NCBI GenBank assembly: GCA_046759445.1 | Contig: JBHICG010000014.1 | Location: 1-62,040 of the forward strand | Reading direction: 5' to 3' | From: Candidatus Scalinduaceae bacterium | Lineage (GTDB): Bacteria > Planctomycetota > Brocadiia > Brocadiales > Scalinduaceae | DNA: 62,040 nt | In this document: positions 31,408 through 40,127 of the stretch, piece after piece | How positions within the stretch are numbered: the first letter of the stretch is position 1 | Layout of the letters: each line of letters begins with the position of its first letter | Notes under the pieces: generated by a model | What the model was told of the DNA's origin: nothing | Seen by the model: the letters and a program-made list of their open reading frames with translations, nothing else | Databases searched by the model: none | Program-made: the position numbers and the translations under genes

Positions 31408-31681
31408 TTACGTCTCTCTCCATTCAGCATAATCTTTTGTTGAGACTTTCTGACCACTTTTCAGGAGTGAATATGTCCCACAGTCACTCATAGTACTGAG
31501 TGTCAGTGAGTCAAATACAGGCCCGTCTTTACATACCATCTGTCCGTCACAAACACATTGTCCGCATATGCCAATGCCACATTTCATATATCTCTCTAGT
31601 GACTCCTCACATTGAATATTATTCTTTTTGCAGAATTCATATACCTTGAACATCATGATCTCCGGCACACAGGTATAAATA
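31408..31681 (-). pseudogene. displaced ~270-bp diverged copy of pyrK 3' end
   Basis: PEIMMFKVYEFCK...LERYMKCGIGICGQCVCDGQMVCKDGPVF matches 54568-54841. Confidence 0.9.
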
Positions 31682-31774
31682 ATCTCAAGGTTTTATACAC
31701 CTCCGGGGTGTATTTGGTTTTCATTCAATTGTGTCTTAGATATTTATCAAGCCTTTAACGAATGACAAATAACT

Positions 31775-31944
31775 AATCGGCATTGACTATCATTTTTACT
31801 GTTGATTTTGGTAAACAGCATCACTATCATAAACCTCAGAATTTCTACAATTTTCTAAAATCTTGCTTTTATAAGCAAGACTCATTGCCATATCATATAA
31901 ACATATAATCCATCAAGTGATGGACGAGTAAGATTTTGCTATAT
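31775..31944 (+). repeat. full copy of the recurrent promoter/hairpin module
   Basis: TTGATT-17-TATCAT, aaacctcagaatttc, TCTTGC-ttttataa-GCAAGA, TCCATCA-ag-TGATGGA. Confidence 0.85.
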
Positions 31945-31988
31945 TTGCAACAAGTTTGCCTGCTCATATATTGCAATCATGTTAAAAA

Positions 31989-33212
31989 GTGAATGCCATG
32001 AAAAACAGTCGATTGTATATTGCGATGGTAGGTCTCCCGGCAAGGGGAAAGTCTACCATTGCGACCAAACTCAAAGAAAGCCTGGTGCATGAATCGGTAA
32101 AGACCAGAATCTTCAACAACGGTGATCTGAGAAGAAAGACGATCAGGGGGAACACGTCCTATGCCAAGTTTTTCGATTCAAATAATAGTGAGGGGGTTGC
32201 CATAAGGGAAAAGATCGCACTTATTAATATGGAAAAGGCTCAAAAGTTTCTCAATGGCGCAGGAAACGTTGCAATTTTGGATGCATCAAATGTCAGCCGG
32301 AACAGAAGGGAGAGAATCCAGTCCAGGTTAAATGACCACCCCATCCTGTTTATTGAGTGTGTGAACAAAGATGAAGAGATCCTTAGTGCGAGCATACTCA
32401 GAAAGATCGATCTGGCCGAATTCGGACATCTAACCGGGGAAGAGGCGATTAAGGGTTTCAGGGAAAGGATATCCTATTACCAATCCATTGAGGAACCCCT
32501 GGAAAGGGAAAGGAATTACATAAGGCTCGATTCCCTCCACAACAGTGTCATGGGGGAAAACCTATCCGACAGTATTCCCTACTATGACCAAATCAGGGAC
32601 TTCCTGGTCACAAACACGGTAAAGAACCTTTACCTGATTCGTCATGGTGAAACATACTATAACCTGGAGGACCGCATAGGCGGAGACTCGGATTTGACCG
32701 AAAAAGGCTGGGCCCAAGCTAGGGCACTTGCCAATTATTTTAAAAAGAAAAGAATCCCTTTGATATTCACCAGTCAGAAAAAACGGACACATCAAACCGC
32801 TTCACCCATCAAAGAAGTTCAGGAAGAGTGTACCATCATCCCCCTGGCAGAATTTGACGAGATCGACAGCGGAGTCTGCGAATCTATGAGTTACGAGAAA
32901 ATCAGGACACAGATGACGCATGTGTACTCTGAAAGGAAAAAGGACAAGTATAATTATGTCTATCCGGAGGGAGAAGGGTATGTCACCATGCAGGAGCGGA
33001 TAAATCGTGGTATCAAAAAAGCCCTGTACCTGAGCAACCCTTCGGATAACATTATGATTATTGGCCACAGGGCCGTGAACCGTATGATCCTTTCTCACTT
33101 TATGTTTCGTAGAGAAGAGGACGTTCCCTTTATCTACATTCCCCAGGATAAGTTTTACTACATCTCCACCACGCAAAACAAAAAACATTTTCAATTAAAG
33201 AGGTTCAAGTAG
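31989..33212 (+). CDS. bifunctional 6-phosphofructo-2-kinase/fructose-2,6-bisphosphatase-like protein
   Basis: N-terminal MVGLPARGKS P-loop, FNNGDLRR, ILDASN; C-terminal RHGE phosphatase with DKYNYVYPEGE. Confidence 0.85.
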   Translation: MNAMKNSRLYIAMVGLPARGKSTIATKLKESLVHESVKTRIFNNGDLRRKTIRGNTSYAKFFDSNNSEGVAIREKIALINMEKAQKFLNGAGNVAILDASNVSRNRRERIQSRLNDHPILFIECVNKDEEILSASILRKIDLAEFGHLTGEEAIKGFRERISYYQSIEEPLERERNYIRLDSLHNSVMGENLSDSIPYYDQIRDFLVTNTVKNLYLIRHGETYYNLEDRIGGDSDLTEKGWAQARALANYFKKKRIPLIFTSQKKRTHQTASPIKEVQEECTIIPLAEFDEIDSGVCESMSYEKIRTQMTHVYSERKKDKYNYVYPEGEGYVTMQERINRGIKKALYLSNPSDNIMIIGHRAVNRMILSHFMFRREEDVPFIYIPQDKFYYISTTQNKKHFQLKRFK

Positions 33213-33399
33213 TTTTTTTAACTTCCCCCACAACACATCTTGCCTGTAATAGCCCTGTGAGTGAATCCTGATATAGTAAGAGGCAATTTTACAAAATAGC
33301 CATAAGGTAAAAAGGGTAACCTCGCCTGACGGACGGGCAGGTAAAATCTGCTTGCTCTACTATTAGTTTTGCGGGAATTAAGATTTGACAACAATACAA

Positions 33400-33512
33400 A
33401 CAGTATTCCAGGGAGATTTGATAAAGGTAAGGTTTTTCTTTAGGTTTGAGCCATTCGGAATTGGTTATCATTGTGATTCCCCTTGATTTTGATAGTATTT
33501 AGTTTATCATAT
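33400..33512 (-). pseudogene. 5' fragment of an unknown gene (MITNSEWLKPKEKPY...) with its divergent promoter; longest version of the recurrent gene-start motif
   Basis: ATG at 33471 reads MITNSEWLKPKEKPYLYQISLE; same start motif at 20115, 31793, 34144, 34466, 36226 and 38330. Confidence 0.55.
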
Positions 33513-33671
33513 AGTATATGAGAATAGAAATTTCATATAACAAGATTGAATATAGAAATATTTTGAGGGGAAGGTGATTTTATGGGAGTTTCTTTATAGA
33601 GGCGAATGTGTTTATAACACGTATGCCTGTTTTTATTTTTTTAAATTTTAATGATTTTAAGGAGATAGAAG

Positions 33672-33980
33672 ATGAGTAAATACTTAAAACTTGGCTACCT
33701 TTCAATGATTCCTGTAATCTTTGGAATAGTAATAGTAGTAATGAGTGCGTCTGTGGTTAAAGCTGGCGAAGAAGAGGTTGTACTAAACGTCAAGGGGATG
33801 ACGTGCAGTATGTGTTCTGGTGCGGTATATACTGCACTCATGAATTGCAAGGGTGTTAAGGATGCTGAGGTTAGCCATGAAAAAGGGAAGGCAGTTATAA
33901 AGGTTGAAGAAGGCAAGGCAAATACCGAGGAACTTATTAAGGCTGTCGAAAAGGCAGGATTCACAGCATCGAAAAGCTAA
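33672..33980 (+). CDS. exported heavy-metal-associated (HMA, MerP/CopZ-like) protein
   Basis: GMTCSMC metal-binding motif after a signal peptide. Confidence 0.88.
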   Translation: MSKYLKLGYLSMIPVIFGIVIVVMSASVVKAGEEEVVLNVKGMTCSMCSGAVYTALMNCKGVKDAEVSHEKGKAVIKVEEGKANTEELIKAVEKAGFTASKS

Positions 33981-34180
33981 CAACATGTTTAAGGTGCAAA
34001 AGTTTCATCCTCTGGCAATGTCTTAATATAAAGTAAGATTATTTTTAACTATGACCACCCCCTTTCCTTTTCCACATCTTTTGCAAGGAGAGGAAGGGGG
34101 TATGGTTTTCACTCAATATCGAGCCAGCCGGGATTGAGTATCATGATTGATACTTTTTGGGTTGATCAATGGGCATTTTT

Positions 34181-34378
34181 CTAAAGAACGTTATCTATTT
34201 TTTCTCGTGCTTTATTTAAAATGTCTGAATACAATTCAAATTTTATAGAAGTTTCTTTGTCTTGCCCTTTTAAATCATCTGCTTTTAATCGGCAGATTTT
34301 GCTTAGACTGGTAACAATTTCTGGCAAAAAATATTCATCAACAAGATATTCAAGTTTTTCCATGTCGGTATCATTCAT
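34181..34378 (-). CDS. small hypothetical protein
   Basis: GGGAG RBS upstream; 65+ aa; flanked by two copies of the gene-start repeat. Confidence 0.5.
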   Translation of the reverse strand: MNDTDMEKLEYLVDEYFLPEIVTSLSKICRLKADDLKGQDKETSIKFELYSDILNKAREKIDNVL

Positions 34379-34462
34379 TTCTTCATTTCTCCCATAAAAA
34401 AGTTAAAGTTACATTCTAAAACACCTGTCAAGTTCTTCATTTGAGCCAGTCGGGGTTGATTA

Positions 34463-35980
34463 TCATTTTTCCTCACTTTTCCTTTTCCACCCTAAATAAA
34501 GGTCTGTATATTCACCGTGTTTCCAGAAGTCATAAGCAGAATGTTCTATGCCTAATTTCTTTTCTATCTCTGCAAAGCGTTTGAGTCGGCTGGCCTCTGC
34601 CTTTATCTGCAGCAGCCATCTATCCTGAGCCCACTCCCAGTAACCGTAAATGGGGCTGTAGACTGCACCATGAGCCTTAGCCTTGTAGATAGCATCTGTA
34701 ATGTCCACAAGAAGTTCGTAGGCCAACCTTTCTATTTCAGAAATGTTGTATTTCCTAACTGAGCCACCTGGGAGAAGGCTAAAGTTATGGCCACCCATCC
34801 AGTCTGGAGCTAAATCAACAGGCATAGGGTCGAGCAGTTCGTTTTTATATAAATCCACAAGCAGTGCCATAGCCTCCCTGTATTTAGTGAAACTGAGTTT
34901 GACCGATTCATCCATGGCCGAAAGCTGATCCCTGGCAAATCGCTGGGAGTGACATCCCTTACATAGTGTCACCCACCACTCCCGTATTTCTTTATATCTA
35001 TTTGCATTTCTATCCACCAGGGAAGTGCCCATATAGGTGTACACAGTGGAAGCATTTCTCACATTGTGATCGCCGTTGTTCATGTGACAATATGCACATG
35101 TAGGCACCTTATAGTTTTTGGCATTTAAGGGTTGTGTCCAATCCCATTCATGCATTTCAGACTGGTATATTTGCCCATGATAAGACTGCATATACATCTC
35201 GTGCTCGTACTGCTCAGGGCCTGAATGGCAAACGGCACAACTATTAGTCTTACGCGCCTCTGTGACTGAAAACTCATGTCTGGAATGGCAACCATCACAA
35301 CGGTTTTCTGCGATAGCGTGGCAAGTAAGGCAGCCGGCAACTTCCTCCGGTGGCTTCTCAATCTGACAGCCTTGCTCACACAGGTCAAGGCTGTAGGCAT
35401 GTGCATGGCTACCCTGTCCACCGTCTCTGTGCCCTTTGAGCTGCTGTGGATGACATTCACCACAAGTGTTGTATGAAGGCATGGTGAGCTTTATATGATT
35501 ATTGCCGTGACATTTGTCACACCCCACCACTTCCTTTCCCTCGCCTGGTGAGGCATGTTTACTACGCTTCCACAATGCCACTATGCCAGGGTTTTCCACC
35601 GTATGGCAGACTATGCACTGATGACCTTCGTACCATCCTTCGACAGAACTTCCAGGATGAAATTGATCATTATTATAATAGTAGTCTGGATCATACCATC
35701 GTATAAGGGGTAAGAAGTTGTAAAGATCACCGTATTTTCCCTTCCCAGGAAATAGCTCTTTAGGGCCTGTATAATAAGCTGTAAGCCCGCCCAAGTGATA
35801 AACATCACCGGAATCATCTGGACCTACTTTTTGGTGTAATAGCTTGGCCATCTCTTTCTGGAAGACGTGCGTCTTTTCGACAGCATAAGTATCAGGGATC
35901 TTACAGAGAGTTAGTATTAGAAAAACAACGACCCACGTACCTCCTGCGACAAGGGTGTTTTTAGTTTTTTTCATTATCAT
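34463..35980 (-). CDS. octaheme hydroxylamine oxidoreductase (HAO/HOX)-like cytochrome c
   Basis: Eight CxxCH motifs (CIVCH, CDKCH, CGECH, CLTCH, CDGCH, CAVCH, CAYCH, CKGCH), signal peptide, DFWKHGEY C-terminus recalled from anammox HOX. Confidence 0.88.
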   Translation of the reverse strand: MIMKKTKNTLVAGGTWVVVFLILTLCKIPDTYAVEKTHVFQKEMAKLLHQKVGPDDSGDVYHLGGLTAYYTGPKELFPGKGKYGDLYNFLPLIRWYDPDYYYNNDQFHPGSSVEGWYEGHQCIVCHTVENPGIVALWKRSKHASPGEGKEVVGCDKCHGNNHIKLTMPSYNTCGECHPQQLKGHRDGGQGSHAHAYSLDLCEQGCQIEKPPEEVAGCLTCHAIAENRCDGCHSRHEFSVTEARKTNSCAVCHSGPEQYEHEMYMQSYHGQIYQSEMHEWDWTQPLNAKNYKVPTCAYCHMNNGDHNVRNASTVYTYMGTSLVDRNANRYKEIREWWVTLCKGCHSQRFARDQLSAMDESVKLSFTKYREAMALLVDLYKNELLDPMPVDLAPDWMGGHNFSLLPGGSVRKYNISEIERLAYELLVDITDAIYKAKAHGAVYSPIYGYWEWAQDRWLLQIKAEASRLKRFAEIEKKLGIEHSAYDFWKHGEYTDLYLGWKRKSEEK

Positions 35981-36611
35981 CCCTCCTATTCTGTTTTTTT
36001 CTTTTTATTAAAAATAAACCGAGCTTTCTGTTAACTATTGCTAAATGGATAAACAGAAAAATTATAGTTTTTACAGAATTAATACTTATATCATAAATTG
36101 ATTGTTTTAGAAATCTGTATTTATCTTTAATACACCTTTATTCAATATAAAAAAATAAATGAGAAAGGGAAGAATAGGTAGTTTTCCTAGAACTTTAGGT
36201 TTCTGACAGTCGGGGTTGACTATCATAATTGATAAATGACTTGTTTGATTATTGAGGATTAAGCACAAGGATTTTAAAACTTGCATTAATCTGAGGAAAT
36301 AGAGCTCTACTAATTTATTATAACAAAATAACAAAAAATGTTATGGTTTAGTAACAAAATGTAATATTGGGATTAGCTGGATTTTATAAGTGTTAAACTA
36401 ACATACACTTAAAAACTTGCCATTTTTGTAAAATTTTTGGCATCACATTTGTTATTAATTACTTTAGAACAATTTAATTACTTGCAATAAGGGCAAACCC
36501 TAAGTGATCAGGAAGCATATTCAACATTTTCCTTTATTACCAGAAAGTGTCCCGCTGAGATACAATATGACTACTGAACTTTTAATAAAAAGGGAAGAAG
36601 GGATACGATTT

Positions 36612-36791
36612 ATGAAAATAGGTGAGTTTCTTGTTAAAAATAATTATGTTACACAAGAGGAGGTAAACGAGGCATTGGAATTTCAAAAACGTAACAAAGA
36701 TCAATATATAGGAGAGATTCTTGTTAAGATGAATGTAATTACAAAAGAACAGTTAATTGAATATGTTTGTGAATATGAAGAGAAAGTATGA
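36612..36791 (+). CDS. small MshEN/GspE-N-like repeat protein
   Basis: KIGEFLVKNNYVTQEEVNEAL and YIGEILVKMNVITKEQL tandem motifs. Confidence 0.6.
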   Translation: MKIGEFLVKNNYVTQEEVNEALEFQKRNKDQYIGEILVKMNVITKEQLIEYVCEYEEKV

Positions 36792-36879
36792 ATCAATGGG
36801 AACAGCGATTGCAAAAACTTCCAAACGATTATGAGCATTATTCTGTAAACTTAGTGTAATTCCAATGCTATTGATTTAA

Positions 36880-37107
36880 ATGACATCTATCGAAAAAACT
36901 TATAAACACTGTAAATGTTTTGACACATATATATGCCTACTTAGAAAATACCATGACCTGATGGACCAAATAAAGTTGTTTTGTATATTATCCATTAACC
37001 GTAGATTGCCCCACGTAGTAACCGCTGAAGAATACTTTGAAGTCATAGAAAAGTGCAACAAGGTTTGTACTAGTTGTGATAAATTCAAAAGTAAAAAAAC
37101 TGATTAA
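36880..37107 (+). CDS. Cys-rich hypothetical protein
   Basis: 75-aa ORF; no recognised family. Confidence 0.35.
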   Translation: MTSIEKTYKHCKCFDTYICLLRKYHDLMDQIKLFCILSINRRLPHVVTAEEYFEVIEKCNKVCTSCDKFKSKKTD

Positions 37108-37377
37108 AGTAAAGGAAATAACCGTTAAAAGCGATTGTAATGACCCTAACTTTTTTGCAAAGGAGACAATCCTATGTGCTACATAAAATCAACTTGCCCT
37201 TTTCCCCTGATTGCGGGGAAGGGAATATATGAAATATCGTATACAGCGACACACTGTCTGCATGGTTCAGTGTTAAATTCAAGAGAAAGAAAGAGAGGGT
37301 TGTAGAAATAACTTTTCAGTTTCATGATTGATTATTATACTGCAAATAAACGATAATCTGTTAAGGAGGGTGGAAAA

Positions 37378-37803
37378 ATGTCAGCACTGATTGATGAACT
37401 TAAGAAAGAACATTCTGGAATCATTGCCACACTCAACGAAGTAAAAGAAATTGATATTCTTTCAAAAGAAGGACATAACAAGCTCATGTCTGTAAACGCA
37501 CTTTTGCTTACACATCTCCAAAAGGAGGACGAGCAACTTTATCCAGTTCTCAGAAAAGAAGCGGAAAATGATAAGCAGCTAGAACACACATTAAATTTAT
37601 ACGCAATGGATATGGAGAATGTTTCAAGAGCTGTGCTAGAATTCTTTGACAAATACTTTAGAGGAAAAATTCCAGACAAGGAGCTTCAAAAAGAGTTTGA
37701 AAACCTTTCTGTAGCTCTTAGTAAGAGGATAAGGAATGAAGAGGATATTCTTTATGATGAGTATGAAATGATGAATTTACAATACATTGGTGGCATTGAT
37801 TGA
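37378..37803 (+). CDS. hemerythrin-like domain protein
   Basis: ELKKEH...HLQKEDEQLYP...RIRNEEDILY; AGGAGG RBS. Confidence 0.8.
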   Translation: MSALIDELKKEHSGIIATLNEVKEIDILSKEGHNKLMSVNALLLTHLQKEDEQLYPVLRKEAENDKQLEHTLNLYAMDMENVSRAVLEFFDKYFRGKIPDKELQKEFENLSVALSKRIRNEEDILYDEYEMMNLQYIGGID

Positions 37804-37891
37804 ATCGAATGAAAGACAAAACGAAAAGCAATTAGAGGATTCTAAGAAGGAAGGAAAAGGATTGCAGTAAAGTCCGTGAAGTTTTATTTCC

Positions 37892-38170
37892 CTACTCTAA
37901 AACTTCCTGAGCGGTTGTATTTATCATTTCTTTTTTTATGTTCTTCAATGTCCTTTTTTTAGACCTGACCCAGAAGCGATAACCGTAAATAATGACGGTA
38001 ATGATAATATATGGACTCATAAAAATAATTAGATTTCCTACTGTAGTATTCCATAGTCTATGGAAAAAAATTAATGCAGTACCACCAAGAAAAATATATA
38101 TTAAATAAATAATAAAATTACCATAAATTTGTTTATACTTGTTTTTTCTTATCATATTCCCCATAACCAA
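37892..38170 (-). CDS. small membrane hypothetical protein
   Basis: Two hydrophobic segments and a basic tail. Confidence 0.4.
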   Translation of the reverse strand: MVMGNMIRKNKYKQIYGNFIIYLIYIFLGGTALIFFHRLWNTTVGNLIIFMSPYIIITVIIYGYRFWVRSKKRTLKNIKKEMINTTAQEVLE

Positions 38171-38303
38171 ATTTCTTTTGCATATCAGTAATTATATTCT
38201 CTGTGTTGCCTTCCTTCTAAATTTCTTCAGAATTTCTATATGATTTTGTTTATTTAATTATCGACTGCTGAGTTGATTATTTAAGAAGTTATTTTTTTTT
38301 GAG

Positions 38304-38478
38304 TTTGAGTCATTCGGAATTGGTTATCATTTTACCCTTGATTTTGATGATTGGCTGACTATTATAAACCTCAGAATTTTCAAATCTACTAAAGTCTTGC
38401 TTTCATAAGCAAGACTCATTAACATACCTTTTAGAAATATAATCCATCAAGTGATGGAAGAGGAAAATTTCTCATATA
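38304..38478 (+). repeat. full copy of the recurrent promoter/hairpin module
   Basis: gagtcattcggaattggttatcat...TTGATT-16-TATTAT...AGTCTTGC-tttcataa-GCAAGACT...TCCATCAAGTGATGGA. Confidence 0.85.
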
Positions 38479-38518
38479 CACATATTCGTGGGCAAGTTGG
38501 TCTCTTATCTTTGTAATC

Positions 38519-39250
38519 ATGCCAAATGATTCAAAATTAATAAAATGCTTCAATTGTGGCCAGACTCACCGTCTTGGTGATTACGGCCAAAATACGGGTA
38601 TCATATGTACGGGCTGTGGTAAGAAAATGGAACCCTTGATTTTTGATAAAATATGTGAAGGTGATAAAAGGGGATTTCTTACGCTTCTCGGATATTTTTC
38701 AATCACCGCCCTAATTGGTGTAATGGGTAGCATGATGATGGTGCATGGCTGGAACTTTTTGGTAACTTTTACCATGTTGGGTGGGGTTGTTTACCTGATA
38801 GGTAAAATATTTATGAGTAAGTATAAGATTATCGAAATAGAAGAATACCTGCCGGATAAGATAGCGCATGATAACGCGGATGCTCATTGTTCCAGCAGTT
38901 TCGATCGTTTGGTTGTCGCTTCCGTGAATGAATTGCCGCAAAAAATAAGAAAACGCTTAGAAGATGTATCAATAGTAGTAGAAGACAGGCCAAATCCTTT
39001 TGTGCTGGGAAAACTAAAATTGAAATCGAACCGGGTATTACTTGGTTTATTTCAAGGGGTGCCTTTAAATAAAAAGAGTGTATGGCATTCTGCTACTATG
39101 CCGGAAAAGATCACTATATACCAGAAAAATATAGAGGCCATCTGCCATTCTGATGAGGAGATTAAACATAGAATAAAAAAAGTGGTTCGCCACGAGGTGG
39201 CACATTTTGTTGGATTTACTGAAGAACAAGTAAGAAGGTTGGGTTATTGA
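38519..39250 (+). CDS. membrane-anchored zincin-like metallopeptidase (DUF1025) with N-terminal zinc ribbon
   Basis: CxxC/CxxC, two TM helices, LLGLFQGVPL, ITIYQKNI, HEVAH. Confidence 0.8.
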   Translation: MPNDSKLIKCFNCGQTHRLGDYGQNTGIICTGCGKKMEPLIFDKICEGDKRGFLTLLGYFSITALIGVMGSMMMVHGWNFLVTFTMLGGVVYLIGKIFMSKYKIIEIEEYLPDKIAHDNADAHCSSSFDRLVVASVNELPQKIRKRLEDVSIVVEDRPNPFVLGKLKLKSNRVLLGLFQGVPLNKKSVWHSATMPEKITIYQKNIEAICHSDEEIKHRIKKVVRHEVAHFVGFTEEQVRRLGY

Positions 39251-39326
39251 TAGGCGTCTTCTTAACTGCAAAAATATACAAATATTTTTAAATTGTGAAC
39301 AACCTAAAATAAATTGAGGAACAACT

Positions 39327-39911
39327 ATGACAAATGAAAAGGGACATATCCGTCGGGACATAGAGAAGCTGAGACCCGGTGAGCTTACGATTCTGGGGGC
39401 CATTGTTACAGCTATGATTGCAGTCGTTATTGCAGTTGTGTTAGAGCAGAATAAAGCCGGGACAGAAATTGATCCAGAGAAAGACGTCTATCTATTCCTT
39501 CACGGGAGAACGGATCTGCGGGAAAAAGCCGAGACCGCTCTCGTTGCATACGGATTTTCAAAGGAGAAGATTACCGTGGCATCGTCAGAAAACATTGGAA
39601 GCGTGGGCGATTATATGGCAATGCTCTGGATGCCGCCAGCCCCGGATCACATAATAATTCAACAGATAACCAGGGTTGATGAAGTAGAGCCGGAAAAAAT
39701 CTTTGGACTCTGGAAAGGCGTTTCAAAAAAGGACATAGATACTGTTTCTTTAGAAAAGGATAAAAGAGAAGAAAGAATTCACCGCAAAGGCGCAAAGAAA
39801 AGAATATTTCGGCCGGGATTACAGGATAATCAGGGATTAATACAGATACACACAGAAGATGTAACCCCCCAAAAACCTGTTGATTTTAGTAAACGGCATA
39901 ACTATTATTAA
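39327..39911 (+). CDS. hypothetical membrane-anchored protein; C-terminus reads through repeat DNA
   Basis: One TM helix; last ~45 codons overlap simple repeats and the recurrent module. Confidence 0.55.
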   Translation: MTNEKGHIRRDIEKLRPGELTILGAIVTAMIAVVIAVVLEQNKAGTEIDPEKDVYLFLHGRTDLREKAETALVAYGFSKEKITVASSENIGSVGDYMAMLWMPPAPDHIIIQQITRVDEVEPEKIFGLWKGVSKKDIDTVSLEKDKREERIHRKGAKKRIFRPGLQDNQGLIQIHTEDVTPQKPVDFSKRHNYY

Positions 39912-40032
39912 CCTCAGAATTTCCAATTCTTCTAAAGTCTTGCCTTCGGCTGAAGTAAATTCAGACATAAGCAAGACTCATTACCATATATCATATAGAC
40001 ATATAACCCATCAATTGATGGATAAGAAAATT
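39877..40032 (+). repeat. copy of the recurrent promoter/hairpin module with ~20-bp palindromic insertion in the first hairpin loop
   Basis: TTGATT-17-TATTAT, aacctcagaatttc, AGTCTTGC[cttcggCTGAAgtaaaTTCAGacataa]GCAAGACT, CCATCAATTGATGG. Confidence 0.85.
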
Positions 40033-40127
40033 ACACCTGCGAGGTGTATTTATGGTCATCTTTAAAAACGGACGCTGTCCATATTTAATCCATCCATGGC
40101 ACAATATTTAAGAAACAAGTAAGGTAA

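Noticed and set aside
20097..40032. CRISPR array or classical integron attC array as explanation of the repeats
   Set aside because: Repeats are kilobases apart with no regular spacers, no cas genes or intI are present, and I could not see RYYYAAC...GTTRRRY attC boundaries.
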